Origin: Klebsormidium nitens
Lineage: Eukaryota; Plantae; Klebsormidiophyceae
DNA: 64,000 nt
Reading direction: 5' to 3'
Assembly (NCBI GenBank): GCA_000708835.1
Contig: DF237272.1
Location: 1-64,000, forward strand
The translations under genes and the position numbers were made by a program. The notes under the pieces were generated by a model, which was given only the letters and a program-made list of their open reading frames with translations, searched no databases and was not told the origin of the DNA. Positions 60,701-64,000 of the stretch are shown here, one piece after another (position 1 is the stretch's first letter; each line of letters starts with the position of its first letter).

Positions 60701-62544
60701 AGGTCCGATGGTTGTTTAGAGATGACCGGTGGTCGATCCATCCCATTCTGGCTCTGCGAGGCGACCTGCCAGTACATGTCGCTCTGTTGTAGCCTCTCAT
60801 AGCCATCATGCGAATTGGAAAGGTAACATCGTTCATCACGCGTCGCAGCAATCACTGCGATCTTCTATTTGTTGTCCTTAATGTTACTGCGATTGCAGTG
60901 ATGTCCTCCTTTTATTCCGTCGGGCCCACCATTTTCTGGTCAAGTGGGGATCGCGTCCCTTGCCCTCCGGCCTGTCTTCTCCTGATGATTTGCTCCCCGT
61001 ATTCAGGTGCAATACCGTATGAACGCCGCCATAGCCGACTGGTCCTCCGTCGAGCTATACAATGGGCAAGTACGCTCTGCCCCCATGGTTGCGAACAAAG
61101 TGCTGGCGGACAAGCCGGGCGTTGCCAGCACCCCGACCACTCTGGCCCCGCTCCTCCTTTTGGACACGAGGGCTCCTCGGGGGAGTCTACTGAGGGGATG
61201 CGAGGAGTCGCTTGACGGGAGGTAAGGGAGGCGTCTGAGGCAACTGAACGGTGCGCGGTGGTTGAATTGCGGGGGGAAAAACTTATCCGTTCGTTTTCTG
61301 CTAGAACAGATGGTGTGATCTGACAGGCTCTGAAAGGGTCCGAATGGAATCCGAGGGATGGAAAGTCTGAAGAATTCCGATCGCTGAGCGAGTTTTGGGC
61401 GGCCATCTTTGTTCGAAGCGGAAGCTACCATCAGTACCTAATGAAGGCGTGGTTATTACATCTCGAGTCTGTTCTTCCATTCTGGGTGTCCTTCGCGGAT
61501 TCTCAGGTCTGCTTTCCTGACGCACCTCTCTCAATGTGGGCGTGGAACCCGTTACATCGTTCATGCAGTCGTCCTCCGTTGCCTTCTGCTAAATCCGACG
61601 CCCAGATTGAAATTCCTCGTTCTTTCTTGCAGCGGGAGCGGCTCCTTGTTCAACGAGGGCGAGGCCACCATTGTCGTCTCCCACGTGTTGGAGTTACTCG
61701 CGGCGGGGGTCCCAGGACCCGCAATCGCAGTACAAAGCCCGTATTTGGCGCAGGTCGAGTTGCTGCAAGCGCGTCTGGCGCAGCACAAGGGAACGGAGGG
61801 GGTTGAAGTGGCAAGTATCGATAGCTTCCAGGGGCGTGAAGCGGACGCGGTTATTATCTCTATGGTAAGTTCACGGCGGCAGGTTTGAAGGGGTTTGGGT
61901 TAGGGTTTCTGTGGGTTTTCAGCCTGGACAGCAGGCGTGCTCGTCAAACCAAAAGAAAGGCTATGGGTCATGTGGGTCTCAGAGGGTGCGGAGGATCTGG
62001 AAAGGGATGGAGGCTCAAGTTGCAAGGTTGCACCTATCCACTTTTGAGCCGGATTCGCAGTCTCAGGGGGGCCTCTAACGAGTATTAGAGATCGAGAAAG
62101 GACTCAGGAGTTTCAAGAAAATGGACTTAGGATTCTCAAGAATCACCAAACCCCAGAGCGGTTCGTTTGTGAAGCTTTGGGGTATTAATGACCGCACGCC
62201 TGTTGTGAAGACAGGAACGACGATCCGCCCCCTTGAGTACTTACCAGCTGTCACCGGTGCCTATGATGCAGGTTCGGTCCAACCCGTCCGGCATTGTGGG
62301 CTTCCTGGGCGACCACCGGCGCATGAACGTCGGCGTCACGCGCGCGCGCATGCACGTGGCAGTTGTCTGCGACAGCAGCACCGTCGGGCGGAACCCATTC
62401 TTGCTGCGCCTATTGCAGCACATAAAGCGAAGGGGCGAGGTGCGCAGCGCCGCAGGGGGGGACCCTCAGGGCTCGGAATATGCCCCCCCGCTGCCCATGT
62501 CCAAGTGGAAGGGGCAGGGCAACGGGCTGTATACGTCCAACTAG
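54798..62544 (+). CDS. DNA2/NAM7 SF1 helicase (IGHMBP2/SMUBP-2-like), plant plastid-targeted type
   Basis: Ten in-phase exons: 54798-55617, 56500-56751, 57042-57331, 57790-58242, 58688-58945, 59497-59649, 60264-60407, 61007-61221, 61633-61864, 62272-62544. Motifs: Walker A QGPPGTGKT, APTNAAVDN, VVDEAGQ, GDTCQLAP, QYRMN, IDSFQGREAD, RRMNVGVTRAR. Confidence 0.93.
56950..57025 (+). repeat. 22-bp tandem repeat, about 3.5 copies, at the 3' end of helicase intron 2
   Basis: accaagatctaactaccaagta / accaagatctaaccaccaatta / accaagatctaagcaccactta / accaaagtcta, ending about 15 nt before the AG at 57040-57041. Confidence 0.88.
58531..58589 (+). repeat. Degenerate intronic copy of the helicase exon-5 acceptor plus start (58682-58752)
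   Basis: cag|ctcgagaagct...gggcatgatggtcctcgttggcaacccgcagtgcatgacccc versus cag|gtcgagaagctctcaacaatgggcttgaacgtcgtccgtgtcggcaacccgcagcgcatgacccc. Offset 151 bp. Confidence 0.88.
59717..59778 (+). repeat. Degenerate intronic copy of the helicase exon-6 end plus donor (59594-59655)
   Basis: gtggacgaggagggacagatcatcaggccgaactgttggatcttgctcttgcag|gc versus gtggacgaggcggggcaagccaccgagccaagctgctggatccctctgctgcag|gt. Offset 123 bp. Confidence 0.85.
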
Positions 62545-63352
62545 GATAGGAACAATTTGCAGGTGTATCGATATTCAGGGAATAAATTAGCGGCTCGCTC
62601 TGGCTGAGTTTGAGAAAGTCAGGTGCTTTCCGCTGCAGAAAGCTGGCTCAGGGAAAGGGGTTGCCCCGCCCTGAAGTCGGCACAGCTGCGCAAGGTGTTG
62701 TTGCGATAGGATCCGCCCATGCACAGGCAAAGGTAGCTGTACAGGCCGCGTGTATGCGGAGATTGTTTGGAAACGAACTTGGTACGTTTAGGAACAAGAA
62801 GCGCGGCATGTGCAGCTTAAATGCAGACACACTCTTTTTCAAGCTAGACTCACGAGTTGACATAGGTAATGCAACAGGTCGGGATTTGACTGCAACGCTT
62901 ATGTATGGGCATTGCGCCGACATTGGACGCTCCGGTATTTACAGTCTCAAGTATCTCAAAGCAGGATTGCGTAAAGCTTCGCGACATGCTCGTGACTCGA
63001 ACCTATCATTTCAGTTGCCCACACTTTGATGCCCATGTAGTTGAGATGGACTTGCCTGGCTGTCCAATGTGGCAGATGGGTTCTCAAAAATAAAAATCAC
63101 TACAGGAGCTATACTTTGCCAAATCGGACCAATCTAGGTATTGCATAAAGTGGTATGAACCATGCTGAGCTTGGGTCCATGCAATTTGTCCAAGCATCTC
63201 ATCCCCTTTCCAACTCTGATCGATACGTTCTACATTTCTCGCCCCATATGCATTCCAGAGCAATTCGGAGATTCAAAGCAAAACTTGAAGAATTGCAATT
63301 GCAGATGAACTGATTTTGAAAGCACCTTTGTACACACATCTGCGGTCCCTGG

Positions 63353-63606
63353 CTATCTGTTGGTCACACCTGTGGAGCCAAAGCCCCCAGCTCCCCTGAC
63401 TGTAATGTCCAAATCGTCCACTTGGACGACCTCAGGGGTGACAATCCTCTCGAGGATAAGCTGTGCAATCCTGTCGCCAGCGCTAATCTTGAAGTCCTTG
63501 TCTGAAAAGTTGAACAGGATGACTCCCACAGGCCCCCTGTAGTCTGCATCAATCACTCCGGCTCCAACGTCGATGGAGTGCTTGTTTGCCAAGCCGGACC
63601 TCGGCG
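63353..63606 (-). CDS. DUT: dUTP pyrophosphatase, last exon only; earlier exons not identified within the window
   Basis: Acceptor TTCCCTTCAG at 63607-63608, followed by dUTPase motifs [25 protein letters not shown] and [10 protein letters not shown]. Confidence 0.93.
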
Positions 63607-64000
63607 CTGAAGGGAAAGGACCAGATAAAGGGGAGTCAAGCCAAGGAGCTGAACAGAAAGGTGCACGCCCAGACCATGGAGGCATAGCCATGAGTCAATG
63701 AGGCTTGCTTGAATCAGAGAAACAAGCAGTGCCCCTCCTCAGCAGAGAAAGCCTTCTTATCCTGACAATCATTAGCATGCTGACTCAGCTGCAACCATCC
63801 AAGCATGGTGCGGTGGGTTGGTATCCTAAGGGAGCTCTGATCATACTGGACATCAGCGGTAACTGAAAATACATTCTGCATGGGTTTCTATGCAGATTTC
63901 AGATTTTGGAATCTAGCCACCCCTTTCCCTGAAAACACACTCGCAACCCTTCTGCTGATGCGGAAAGAACCCTTGATTGTGCTAGCATTTGGAAGCAAGC

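Noticed and set aside
63353-63691. dUTPase as a viral or retroelement gene, and the 112-aa ORF as the full protein
   Set aside because: A clear polypyrimidine-AG acceptor precedes motif 2 and motif 1 is missing, so this is the last exon of an intron-containing host-type gene.

Overview
This is eukaryotic nuclear DNA, intron-rich with GC-rich exons. The mix of streptophyte-type plastid genes and a flagellar gene points to a charophyte alga such as Klebsormidium (inference). About 15 protein-coding genes could be assembled by hand; the complete multi-exon models have phase-consistent splice sites. In order: a partial unknown gene, Tic22-like, a small conserved protein, an FAD oxidoreductase, a CGF/NicO-like membrane protein, a SAM methyltransferase, a fibrillin-domain protein, an intronless ORF with an IQ-like tail, a TPR-ankyrin-MYND protein, uL18-like, CFAP73/CCDC42, a disordered RPxSR-repeat protein, an unknown protein, a DNA2/NAM7 (IGHMBP2-like) helicase and a partial dUTPase. 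No rRNA, tRNA, CRISPR array or intact transposase/RT ORF was seen. The most striking unexplained structure is a recurrent 'splice-junction echo': at 11 exon borders in 7 genes, a degenerate copy of the splice site plus adjacent exon sequence lies 110-185 bp away in the intron, and one intron holds four copies. In addition, all 15 gene models alternate strand, and the tail-to-tail spacers are rich in short RY palindromes. Coordinates and alignments were read by eye; no database searches were run.
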